Assembly: GCF_963506605.1 (NCBI RefSeq)
Contig: NC_083279.1
Location: forward strand, 2,790,001-2,854,000
Length of the DNA stretch: 64,000 nucleotides
From: Zootoca vivipara
Taxonomy: Eukaryota
Direction: 5' to 3'
The notes under the pieces are model-generated. The model ran no database searches. It saw nothing but the letters and a program-made list of their open reading frames with translations, and had not been told where the DNA came from. Below, in pieces: positions 26,373 through 38,741 of this stretch; position 1 is the stretch's first letter; the number at the start of each line of letters is the position of its first letter. Made by a program: the position numbers and the translations under genes.

Positions 26373-28054
26373 GGAAACAAAATTGAAATACAAAAAGAGT
26401 CTTTCCAAAGCCCGCTACCTGTGATCCTTTTGAACAGTAGACAGCAGGGATTCATGAAAAGATTATGCTCTACCATTGGCCATAGGGTCTCACAGAACAG
26501 CAGTTATTATGAGATCTGCAAATAGTTTCAGAGATACCAATTAAAAATACACCTGGGTGGTGCTATTATTGTCCAAGCAATATGTCTGTCTTCTAAGCAT
26601 CATTTGTTGCAATCCTGAGTCAAGGAACATGTTAAGTCTCACTTCGGAGATCTTTAGGTATGTATGATGTGCAGTGAAATCCAAGGCATCTTGAGTCTAG
26701 CATGAACTCCCCTCTGTTCAAGAAGGGTGCTCCGGAGAGCAGCCCAAGGGCAAGATCACTGCATGAGCTTTTCGCATTGCCCAGCGCCTATCTGAACCTG
26801 TTTAGCCAACCTTTATGTTATATCTCAAAGATTTGTGCAGCTCTTCTTTAAACAAAAATATAATTTATCCAGGAAGCAAGATGACATTTCTGTCTTCTTA
26901 CAAAATAAGAGATAACTAGAAAAATAGAGAAAACATCATCTGTTTTACTACATTAAATTTTTTTTTTAAAAAAAAGATGCTAGATGTTTGGGGAAACCTT
27001 ATCTTAGCAAAACAAATAACCTTTTCCTTCAGCGGTGAACAATGGCAGAAGAGGAAGTCTTAACACTCCACTTCAGATTCTGAGAAAAGAAAAATGTTTT
27101 ATAAGCACTGAAAATGAGAATGGTGACTGAAACTGAGGCCCCATATGAATTGCCATTTAGAAAGCATATCCCAACAGCCAAGTTTAATTGTGCTTTGTAA
27201 ACTTGAAATGCCACTTAAATGTGAAATCCTTATCCCCTGGATTTGCTACATGTATTTCATAAAAGTTGTTTTCTTCCCCCTCAGATAAAATCCACAAAAG
27301 CACCTCGCTTGCAGACCTGGCCTCTCTACTTTTTGCTCACTCCAGCAGGTTTGCCTCCAGGAGAGACTCTGTCCTCTCCACACACCCAGCGCATGAACAC
27401 ACCAGGCCTCGGGTGGACAAAGATGCTCACTGTGTTGGTGTGGAGGGGGCGCATTCCTTTCTTTGTGCCACCTGCCTTTCTAGGTTTCTTCCGACAACCT
27501 TTTAATTCCATTTTTGAGAGTGTTCTTATCAGTTTCACACATTCCCCTCTTCATCTTTAAGCTATTTCTTTCCAAAGGATTGTGATATCTCTCAAAATAA
27601 GTGCTTGATTCATCTTTTGGAAAGGCTGAGACTAAGAAAATGGAAAGGGGACCTGCAATCCTCACACCCTTCCCACATTGGGCAGTCAAGAGGAGTATTT
27701 CAAAAGTAGTCTGAATACAAATCGAGAGAGACACACGGAATAGTTTAAAAGTGTTGATATTTTATCTGAATGAGGGGAAGTCTTGTTTCAGCTGAAGAGA
27801 AAACAATCTTAGTAATATAGACACTTTGAATTTTTCAGTTTTAAAGTTTCTAGGACTGAGTGAAAATGACCTCTCAAGATTCCCAGCTTTCTACAACAAA
27901 CATTGTAGTAGCTTTTGTGATCACACGTGCTACAAGTAAAATAGCAAATCTTTGGGCAGTCATAGTAAGCCTTATATGTGGGAAAAGCTGTTTGGGATTC
28001 TGTACTTTGTCAAAAACCATACAAGTGAATTATTCTTCTATTTTCTGAAGTGCA

Positions 28055-28102
<48 letters not shown>
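28055..28102. repeat. (GT)n(GA)n compound microsatellite
   Basis: Directly visible. Confidence 0.95.
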
Positions 28103-28105
<3 letters not shown>

Positions 28106-29001
28106 TGAGGCTTTAAATCTATGCATATTGTGTTTCGAGAATTTCCCATAGCACCCAGTCTCTGTCATCATACCATATAATGGAACCTTGTACCTGTGAA
28201 GAATTTCTTTTCACTCCCTGCCCTGGCTTTTGCTCCTGTTGCTTTGCCTCCCTGAGAGAATCTCTCCTCTCAACACACATCCCAAATGGACCACGCACCA
28301 CCTTTAGTGGACAAAGATGCTCTTAGTGACTCCTAACGAAAATATTGGGCTATGTATCTTTCTGCGCCAAATATTCTCTGAGGAGAAGTGGACCTTCTCT
28401 ATGAGTAGAGAAACTGGGATGGATATTCCAGCAATTGGAGTGGGTGGCAGCCATTCTGAGGGGAAATTCAAAGTGAGTGTTTCAGAATATCTTTTTCCTG
28501 AGATACTTCAGCCCTGCCTAGTGAAAAGTAAACATAAACACTCTGCATTTGACTAATGTTGAATTCAATCACATGATTTTTGATGCCATGCAACCTTTTC
28601 CAGAACACACTGCTGACCAGAGGACAATTTTCCTTCTTTATATTCTGTTTGGTGCCACTTACTACTGTGTGGTTGCTGCTGCTCCACTTCCCTTTTTGGC
28701 TGCTTATTCTTCCTCCATCCCCAGTTAGTCACAGGGCTGAATTCTCCTAGTCAGGAATCTTGTAGTAAAAGGGATGGTGCAATATGGCTCCATCGCTAAT
28801 CTGGCTTGGCTATGTGATGAATCACTGAGAGGCAAAGCAGCCATTCCTACCAGGGAACTGGCATGGATGTGGAAATTCTGGGACACTGGAACCTAAAATT
28901 TGACCATGGGTACTTCTGTCATCTTTTGGTCTTCTGTGTGCTTATCTCTACATGGCTCCTTAGGATACTTCTAAGGCCTCTCAGTGTGCTATGTTCATTT
29001 C

Positions 29002-29123
29002 CAGGGCATTTTTTTAGCTGGTATTTGCTGGAACTCAGTTCTGGCACCTCACAGGTTGGTGCCATTGCCATTATAAGAGAACAAGGGAGGCATTCATGGT
29101 AAGTTTCCAGAAAAACAGCACTG
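29002..29123. mobile_element. hAT-like MITE, same family as 4621-4742
   Basis: CAGGGCATTTTT...AAAAACAGCACTG termini, shared core GGTGCCATTGCCATT...AGAGAAC.AGGGAGGCATTC, degenerate 8-bp flanks TTCATTTC/CTCATTCC. Confidence 0.6.
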
Positions 29124-29848
29124 CTCATTCCTAAAATAAGAATAACTTGCAACAACTCAGCATACTTCATGCTGAAATGTTCTCCATATATACTCACTTT
29201 AGATTTTTTTAGAGGAGGGTTTCCCAAACTACTAGCTAGGGGTGGGAATTGTAGTCCAAAAACATGTTTGGGAAACCCTGCTTTTGGGTATCTCAATTTT
29301 TTGGACCCTCCATTCTTTCCCTTCATTAGGTGAATAAATCTTAGGTTTGGGTGTGTTCTGGTGCTGAAAGTTAAGCAGAGGGCCAGCATATCTGTGGGCC
29401 ACACAAAGGCAGAATAATATCATCTTCCTATTTATACTGGATGTGGCCAAACGAGAAGCTTCAAGCTGCCTCCCAATTACAAGGGCCATTGTTGCATATG
29501 CTTGTTGTTATTTTGTGCAGGAAGAAGGCCTGAGCACACATATATTCCTTGGTCCTGCATGCAGACTTTGAGGTTTCTGGTTCCCAACAACCAGGGCTGA
29601 GGAACTAGATCCAGCCTAATTCCCCACCATGTGGGCCAATACAGACAGATGAAGCGGAGCTGCCCACCTGTCAACCACCTGGTATCATAATGACTTCAGG
29701 TTATTGACACCTCCTCCGAAGACACACTTTCCGCACCGATCAGCTGATTGTGCTGGAAGCAAACCTTCAAGGGGTGCCTTTGAAGCCCATTCAGAGCAGA
29801 AGCAGTCTGAATTCAAAACTCTTCTTTTGCAGAGGGAAAAAGGCTCCC

Positions 29849-30975
29849 CTTTTTTGTTTTGTTTTTTTGCATTTTAATCTTTATTATTTTACATATTAAG
29901 TCCCTTCACCACAAACAGGGGGGGGGGGAAACAGATCGCATCAAATACAACAAAAAAGTAACTTATAAAATATGTTTTTCCATATGTTAAAACTTTCGTT
30001 ATCTTCAGTATAGGTCCTACGTTTCCTTGTTGACTGCATATTTATATATCATTTAGCTTATCATAAATTCATCATGATCTTTGTAGCATATAACATTGCA
30101 GAAGTTAATCAGAGCATGTCAGAGATTTCATATGAGAACAATGTTCTTTTAAATAGAATCTGAATAATTCCCATTCTTTGTTGAACTTTTTGGTTTGTCT
30201 GATTCCTAATTTTTCCTGTCATCTTTGCCAATTCTACATATTCAAATAATTTTGCCTGCCACTCCATTTTAGTTGGTATTTTCTCTCCCTTCCACCCTTT
30301 AGCTATTAACATTCTCACAGCAGTAGTTGCATACATGAATACCTTTCTCTGTGCCTTTGGAATGTCTGCAGCTATGATGCCTACAAGAAAGCCTTCCAGT
30401 TTTTTTGTTAAAGTTAGTTTGAACCTTTTTTTGTAGCTCATTATAAATTATTTCCCCATTTTTTTCCTCTTTTTACATTTCCACCACATGTGGTACATTG
30501 TTCCCTCAGATTATTTACATCTCCAACAAAGGTTTGAGCTAGTTTTATACATTTTTGCCAGCTTGCTTGGTGTAATGTACCATCGATAAAACATCTTCAT
30601 GTAATTTTCTTTTAAAGTATAGCAAGCTGTGAACTTCAAGTTCAAGATGCCATCAGTATGTTATAGCCAAAATCTTTAGACCACTGGATCATCTCTGATT
30701 TAACCTCCTCCTCCATAACCTCCCAATACAACGGGAGCATTTTGGAAAGTAGTTTATCCTTGCTTTGTAGTAAGTCTTTCTCAAGTTTTGATAGAAACCC
30801 CTTTTCTTTTATCTAATTTAAATATATCATTCATTTGATGGAATTGTAACCAATCAGTTAAGTGTTTTCTAATTTCCTCAGTTTTCCCAATTTTAACTGG
30901 CCTTCTTCCTCCTCCAGTACTTCTTTATATGTTGCCCAGTTTTTCCCTCATATTCTTTTTCTAGAGGCAATAGCC
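29849..30975 (-). mobile_element. L1 LINE 3' end (ORF2 C-terminus, 3'UTR, A-rich tail)
   Basis: YMKMFYRWYITPSKLAKMYK, MYHMWWKC, FMYATTAVRMLIAKGWK...IPTKMEWQ. T-rich tail at 29849-29890 on the plus strand. Confidence 0.88.
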
Positions 30976-32994
30976 ACCAGGGCGTTTTTTGCTCCAGCAG
31001 GTTTTTGTATTTGTCCCTCACCACGTAGAGTGGTTGTTTTCTTTTTGTTTTTGCTAAAAATAAAGCATCATAATCCAGTCATTTCCGGGATTGTTGCAAT
31101 GCCTTTTCTGATTATATGCATCTTTCTTCCTTTTAAAATTGCACTTTTTATTATGTGGACTCTTCTTTCTACATTTTAAAAACAACAACAACAACACGTA
31201 TTTTGAAAGGATGACTCTATTTTGGGCATGCAGAATTGAAGAAAACCCCATCAAGTTTCCTATCCTTCACAGAGGTAAAAGTAAAATGTTAAATGAAGTT
31301 AAAACTAACTGACAGTAATCCAGGGTCAGATAAAGTTCACCACATTTCAAGGTTGCAAACTGGATGATTTCATAATACAGTTCATAAGGAAGGCACCAGC
31401 TGATTTTTACTACCCAGCCCTTGAGAGTTGTTACTTCCTGTTTTTTATATGTTTTAATAAAGATGGTTCATTAGTGGGTGACTGGAGTAAACATACACGG
31501 AGATGCTGCGTTTCTGTGGGAAGGAAGGACAGCGTTACACAGTGTTTACCATTTTTATGCCTCTGTAGCTCTCCATTACCTTGAGTTCATCACTCCCTTG
31601 ACACCATCCCTTATTTTCTAAGTTAAACAAAAGGCACTTGCGGAAAGCGACAAAGTGTTCTTGTCTCCTGACCCCCACACTGACAGCTCAATATATTTTA
31701 GAGCAACTGAAGATATGGAAGAAGGATTATGAAACAAGCAGGAACTTCAGAAGACTATATTTTTGTAAATTTATTGTTCAACTGTGTCATGCAGAGTGTG
31801 GTAGTTTTTGGAGAGCAAAAACATACATCTGGAATATAAAACAACGTTAGTGGCTCATAGGAATGAAAAGATAAAAACATCTGTCACATACAACTCCACA
31901 GCAAATGTGAGATTATTAGTTTCATAGGGATTTATTAATTTGATATATTCCAACTACATGGGGGAAGAGTCCCTCACAGCAGAGGACTTGCAATCATTTT
32001 GTAGTGTGTTCTGGTATTCTTTTTCACCTGAACCTAAAATGTATCCACCTAACTAAGGGAAGGAAGAGAGGGTAAAAAATAATAATAAAATGCAAACATC
32101 CTCACAACTCATTTCACTCAAGAGGCAGTCAGCTTGCTGCCAGAACTGTTTGACCCTCTCTTCCAGTGAATGGCTGGAATCTCCCCCACCCCCCACCCCC
32201 GGCCAAGTTACTAGTGGTGCTTAAAATTGCTTCTGGACTCCATGGTTCAAAATGCATTGTTCTTAGGGAAAACATTTCCAAAACTAAAGTGACCTTTATG
32301 AAAATGGCATTTGCACTTGCTGCATATGTTGCATATAAAAACTTATCCAGTTAAGCAATCATGGAAGAGGATAGGAAGGCCTGTTGCCTGAAAAGGGGGA
32401 TTCCAGATTTTTGGGTAGCAGAGGGGAAAGGAGGGGGAGAAGCTAGTCAGATCCACATAGCTGTGGTTGGTGTGTCCATGGGATGGAGTGTACATGCTGT
32501 AATTTTTGACTTATTTTCCTTTTGAATGATGGAACCTTGTGCCATTTCACATACTGCCTCTGAATCTCCATTTACAAAAAAAGCTTTCGCATATGGGATA
32601 AATAAAGAGCTGCTCTTCAGGAGAGGTGTCCACACTTCCCTTGGAAGCACAGAATTGTGTTTCTTTGGATCCCAGCCTTAGAGGGTTAAGTTGCTCCAAT
32701 GAAAGCTTTTCAGGAAACTGAATAGGGAGTCCAACAAATTCCTCCCCAAGCCCTTTTTACAGTGGTTGTTTTCTGGCTCCCTTGAAGACAGGAGTGGGAA
32801 TAGAGCTAGTTTTCAAACTTGAAACATGCTATCATATCCCAAATGGGCTCACTGAGAAAGAGGGGAGGATACTGAGCAGTTGGGTTCCATCAAAGGCCTC
32901 ACTTTGCTCTGCCATAGTGTGGATGTCTTTAGAATAAGCATCCATATACCATATTTAGATTAGTCCACCAACCATGGGCATTTAAAAGAGAATA

Positions 32995-33213
32995 CAGTGG
33001 AAACTCTACTTGTGACCATAATCCGTTCCGGAGGTCCATCCGGAGGTCGAAACGGTTGCTGGGAGAGGCGCCGTTGTGCGCAGGTGCGGGCGGAGATTGC
33101 CTGCTTCTGCACATGTACAAACAGTGACAAACCCGCCGGTTACTTCCAGGTTTGCTGAGGTCGTGACTTGGAACGACCGTAAGAAGAGGCGGTGGAAAGT
33201 AGATGTTTGACTG
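32995..33213. mobile_element. Tigger/pogo-like MITE
   Basis: TA|CAGTGGAAACTCTACTT...AAGTAGATGTTTGACTG|TA: imperfect TIRs with TA duplications. Confidence 0.7.
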
Positions 33214-33380
33214 TACCCACACCCAGATAGGAAGCTTCAAGTAGGAATTGGGCCTTGGTTAGCAACCTCTGCATAGTTTTTTCTTCTCCTGCAACTGCTA
33301 GCCGGCAGTATGGCTGGTAGCTAATAGTAGTTGTTAAATGATTTAAAATGTCAGGATAAGGGTGGGGAGATAACCAGGAA

Positions 33381-33529
33381 NNNNNNNNNNNNNNNNNNNN
33401 NNNNNNNNNNNNNNNNNNNNNNNNNNNNNNNNNNNNNNNNNNNNNNNNNNNNNNNNNNNNNNNNNNNNNNNNNNNNNNNNNNNNNNNNNNNNNNNNNNNN
33501 NNNNNNNNNNNNNNNNNNNNNNNNNNNNN
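33381..33529. other. Assembly gap (N run)
   Basis: Run of N. Confidence 1.
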
Positions 33530-34350
33530 TAAAGCCCTTTAGCTGACATGAGAAAGTTTAGATAGAAATTTGGATAAGGAAGGTAGCCTGGCTGTTTGCT
33601 GATACAACTACAGATCTCTTGGGCAGCAAAAGAAAATAGATAAGGCAACACACTTTCAGATCAGAGAGGTCTATCAAAAACCCTCTTTGGATCTCTGTCA
33701 TGGGGTATCAAATTAACTTGGCTGTTGGTTTTGAAAACAACTATGCAAAATCAAGGGATAAGGTTGTTGACAGAGGTGTTGTTGGGCTGCTTAATTTTTA
33801 ATTCACACTTTTCTAAACTAGTGTCGTCATTACAAATAATTCTGCATCTAATCCAAAGAGCTGAGCGTAATAAAATTTGATGTTAAGTACATAGTTTCTA
33901 CTGAACATACTATCTTTAAATTTTAGAACTCGAGGCTTTGCAGCCGGGGGAGGAGAAATATATTGACAGGGGGTATGAAATGCTCAGCAGAGATCATGGA
34001 ACTATTAAGAAGCATTCAGAGATGAACAAGGGGGTTTCACAAGGGGGTTTCACAGATATCTCTGTGCATATCTGACCCCACAAAATGCACTCCTTCCCCT
34101 GATTTCCAGGGGGCAAAGGGCCACAAAACTGTGTGGCATGAAGGGAAAAGGTAAATGAAAGCATCCAGTACACATCCCGTGATACACTTAGATAAGTAGG
34201 GGACTCCACCTCTGAATATGGAGAGGTGTTTGAATGCACAGGTAACTGTAGCCAAATCTACACAATGGTATCAGAAATTTCATTACATGGCTGGGAGCGT
34301 ACAGTGCAAAAAAGATGAGACTGAGAAGAGGAGTAGAATTAAATGTAAGG

Positions 34351-35106
34351 TGTGACGAATTGACACAGTTTTGAAATGTTTATTCCTACCTGGCTGGAAA
34401 AGAGTTAACCCACCTCCAGCCTGACTGACATAACATTCTGGTGGGGGCGGGACTGTTCCCAGTTTAAAAGGAGGGAGTGTCGGTTTGGTCAGTTAGGGAG
34501 AGGGGGAGGGAGTGGTGTGATGTGTAGAAAGCTGAGAGGTCAGGAGAGTGGGAATGTAGATGTGGTTTAGGAGAGCTTGAGGTTAAATGTTTGACAGAGT
34601 TATTGTACAAATGAAACAAAGCTGATAAACACATTATACGATAAAGACACTACTATGTTTTAAGATAATAAAATTTCATCTGTTTTTTGCCAAGAAGAAT
34701 CGTCTTTATTGTTCCAGCGGGGTATCAGAACTCACAGCAGTGGTGGCTCAATAGAGGACAAAACTTACCTCAGGGATAGAGGCGGCAGTTTGTGTCTTAG
34801 AGTTACACTGAGGAGGCTTAGGAGGATAACCTGGGGTGCCACGAAGTTGCCAGAGTGGAAAGGGCAAACTTTTACAGTGGGGAATCAAACTGAGTGAGAC
34901 CCTTTACTGTAGGCAAAAGGTTATTCCGTCAAACAGCCTAGAGTTTCTTAAGATACCAGGCCACGTAAGCTGGAAGACACTCTTTACTAAGAAACCCACA
35001 AGTAAAAAGGGGTTTATTTTAAGGCGGCAGGAGAAGAGGGTGGGTGGTTTCACCTCTGGTTTCCTGTGTCGCATTTTAGTAGTAGAGAGTGGGACATTTC
35101 GTCACA
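34351..35106 (+). mobile_element. Solo LTR (756 bp), LTR retrotransposon/ERV
   Basis: Termini TGTGACGAA...TTCGTCACA (9-bp inverted), perfect 5-bp TSD TAAGG on both sides, internal GC box, TTTAAAA box near 34463 and AATAAA near 34667. Confidence 0.9.
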
Positions 35107-35210
35107 TAAGGCTTTATTTATTTATTTATTTATTTAACCAAAACATTTTGTTTCCATTGAAATAAAGCGGGTGGTTTTTGCCCCAAAATTGTTCTCTGAC
35201 AAAAATTCAG

Positions 35211-35674
35211 TGTAATGATCTTAGGCAAGCAAGCAAGCATCAATAAGAATTAACGACTCTCCAGCAGTTTTATGGTCCATTTATTTACAAAAACACATCC
35301 AGAGTGAAGTTTCTAGTCTGCTCTCATTGAAGAAGTTGGTCAGTCTGAATCTCTGCCCCTCTCACAGTAGAAAGGATGCCAGAGTCCCACCCCCTTGCCC
35401 TTCTGTTGCACTCTGACCTTTTCCAGTCACCGAGAACAGGGACTGAGAGGGTGGACTTCTCCCCCCCCTTCCACCAGACGAACTTCCCATTCACTGTCTC
35501 TCTGCTGGTTGCCTAGCAAGCCTCTGACTGACTTCTAACTCTCCCCCTTCTTGGGAGTTATCTGTTTCTGTGACTGGCTCCCCCTCCCCAGCTCTGGCAG
35601 CAAGTTCTTTCTATGTGTGTTCATTTTCTGAGCCCGACACTTCCCCTACGCTCGGTTCAGTCATGTCCCTGACA
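35211..35674 (-). mobile_element. Solo LTR-like element (different family)
   Basis: TG...CA termini, 5-bp flanks TTCAG/TTCAA (4/5), minus-strand AATAAA near 35280. Related to 6370-7375. Confidence 0.6.
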
Positions 35675-36230
35675 TTCAACATAAAACTAACTTTGGAGGT
35701 CTGGTGCAGAAACTGAATTTGCCTAAGAAACAAGTCTGTGAGCAGAAAAATCACAAGGGGGGCAGATTCATGAGTAAAGGAAGCAGGGGTATCAGCCATT
35801 AGCCTTCCATATTCACCCAATATCTTATGATGTCTTCAATTAATACCCAGTGATATTTGATTTCATTATTTGATATTTGGCATTCAGTGGAATTCAGTAT
35901 TTAACAGTATTGGTAGCTCAAACAAAATCACAGCTTGTCTTCCAAATTGCATATGATTTCTATGCAAGTTCTAGGATGCACACTCAGTAAACATGGGACA
36001 CCTTTGGGTGTCCCCATCACTCATTGTGAACCAAAGACACCCCATCATTCCTCGGGCATGTGCATTGCCAAAGAAAAGCAGCAGCATTTGGCAAACTGTC
36101 TTCTAGAAAAGGAGCCCATTACCACTGACCTTCTCACTTAGGAACCCTACTAAGCTTCTAGAGAACTTTATCAACACTGATATACCAAATCTGAAAATGC
36201 CTGATGGAGCACATCCAGCAATATTTAGTA

Positions 36231-36430
36231 CAGTGGTGCCTCAGAAGTCAAATGAAATCCATTCTGGAAGTCTGTTAGACTTCCAAAATGTTTGGAAACC
36301 AAGGCACACATCAGCCGTGTCAGACGTTCGGGTTCCAAAGAACGTTCACCGGAACACTCACTTCCAGGTTTGAGGTGTTCAGGAGCCAAAACGTTCAATT
36401 CACAAGACATTCAGGGTCCAAGGTATGGCT
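36231..36430. mobile_element. Tigger/pogo-like MITE, degraded
   Basis: TA|CAGTGGTGCCTC left end and a degenerate right end AAGGTATGGCTA|TA. Confidence 0.55.
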
Positions 36431-38178
36431 ATATTTGATAGTTAACCATGGTACTTGGTAAGATATTAAAGCATTGCAAAATCAAAGGGATAAAGAGAGG
36501 TAAACTAACATGTATATTTTTAAAAACAGATTTTTAAATTCAAAGTTGAAATTAGAAAATTCATATGCTTGCTTTGTCCCACAGTAAGAGACAGAACAAT
36601 TTGGCTTCCTCCACCAGACTCCCTAATAACAAATAAGCAGAGCATCACAGAGACAAAGCCTCTATAGATATCTGAGGTAGGAATACATTTGCCATGTCAA
36701 ATAGCTTTCTGCTTGAAAGGGTTAGTCTGAGAAATATTAAATAGTAGAAAGGAAATTTAGATGTTGATGTCTTAGCGAATGCCAATTTTACTTTAAAATG
36801 AGCTGGATCTACATGGATTGTCCTTTACCATACAAAAGCTTTGTTTAAATATATCTCAGTTTTAGCATTAAATCTTTAAGAAGTTGTATTAAAAATTTAC
36901 AGGGCTTTAGTGCAAAGCATTTGCATGTTTACATAGATCATTTTCTATTCCAGAGGCTGTTTTCAAGCTCTCTTTGTGGAGAAAGGGCATGGAATCTGGG
37001 CTTATTCTGAAGTGAGGGTCACCCATCATATCCGCCATGGAAGAACAATTATTGACACGGGTTAAAATCATTTATACCCACTCCCCATAAAATAAAGAGA
37101 ACAGACATGGGATTTTGGTTTTAAATAAGCAATAATGTTACCGCATTTTTCCAGAGATCTGCAACATATTCTCACTTAAGAGGCCACGAAACTAGAAGCC
37201 AGGGAGCTTTTGTCCTCCCTCCTGAGTCTTTTCTGTACAATCGTGTCTGGCTCAGAGCCAAGAGCTGGACTTTCTCCCTCTCCTGGCCTGCTTGTATCAC
37301 TTGGACCTTGCATGGCTTTGTGGGGGTACATTGGGCAGGCTGCCCACGAAAGCCCTGCCTCCTTTCCTTCTCACCCTGTGGGTGGGGTGGGGTCGAGGAG
37401 GGTCACTTGGGGTGAATGAGAAATGTCCCTCTTTTCATCTGAGGAACATGGGAGGGTATGAGTTTCCCATGCCTGACATCATCTACCAGGGATAGTCCTC
37501 CAGGCCCCCTCTAAGCCCCGATGGACTGCACCCCTCACTCCCTTGCTTTGTTTCCTGCTGGTTGCTGTGTGTCCTTGAACTCTGACCATGGCAGAAAGGT
37601 GAAATCCACACTCTTTGCTGTGCCCACTTTTGCCTCCAGCCTCACCCACCACCGACATGTAGTCTCTGGCAGGTGGCACAGATGGGAATCCAGTCCTTGG
37701 GGTGAGAAAGGTCCCCCACCACCATCATATCTTATGTCAGGGCCAGGAGAGGCAGGTGCAGTTTGACCCCAATGGCTGCACAAGCTCATCTCAGATGCCT
37801 GGTGGGCCTGGGTAGAGGAATTAAGACTCCCTCCTTCTAACCTCCTCCAGCCCATATAGTTGTAAAGCAGAAATGCTTCGTTTCCTCGCATACTGACATT
37901 TTGGAATTAAGCTTTTGTTTCCCTATCCAGGATCTGGGGGTCTTCAGCTGGATGAAAGTAAGTGAGGCAAAGCTGGATAGACAGAAGAGAGAGAGAGAGA
38001 AACAAACAAACAAACAAACAAACAAACAAACAGAGAAATTGTTCTTTAAACATCTTTCATATTGATAAGGAGCTGACCAAGGAGACAGAATTTGCCATCT
38101 TTTATATCAATTTCATTTCTTACATAGGTGAACCCACGTAAAATATATAGGATGAATTACCATAATCTATACATGGAT

Positions 38179-38514
38179 GGGACGCACGTGGTTCCCACAG
38201 AGCCTAGAGCTTGCTGATCAGAAGGTCAGCAGTTTGAATCCCCGCAACGGGGTGAGCTCCCATTGCTCAGTCCCAGCTCCTGCCAACCTAGCAGTTCAAA
38301 AGCACGTCAAAGTGCAAGTAGATAAATAGGTACCGCTAAGGTAAATGGCGTTTCCATGTGCTGCTCTGGTTCGCCAGAAGCAGCTTAGTCATGCTGGCCA
38401 CGTGACCTGGAAGCTGTACGCCGGTTCCCTCGGCCAATAATGCGAGATGAGCGCGCAACCCCAGAGTCAGTCATGACTTGACCTAATGGTCAGGGGTCCC
38501 TTTACCTTTACCTT
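38179..38514 (+). mobile_element. Sauria SINE
   Basis: Colinear with 18591-18944 apart from small deletions. (CCTTTA)n tail. TSD TATACATGG at 38168-38176 and 38515-38523. Confidence 0.95.
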
Positions 38515-38598
38515 TATACATGGGATAAAGCACAACTGAGACCCCAGCTTCTCCAGTACATTCCTTTGAAATATGCCAGCAATGTTTCTAATTTCATT

Positions 38599-38741
38599 NN
38601 NNNNNNNNNNNNNNNNNNNNNNNNNNNNNNNNNNNNNNNNNNNNNNNNNNNNNNNNNNNNNNNNNNNNNNNNNNNNNNNNNNNNNNNNNNNNNNNNNNNN
38701 NNNNNNNNNNNNNNNNNNNNNNNNNNNNNNNNNNNNNNNNN
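38599..38741. other. Assembly gap (N run)
   Basis: Run of N. Confidence 1.
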
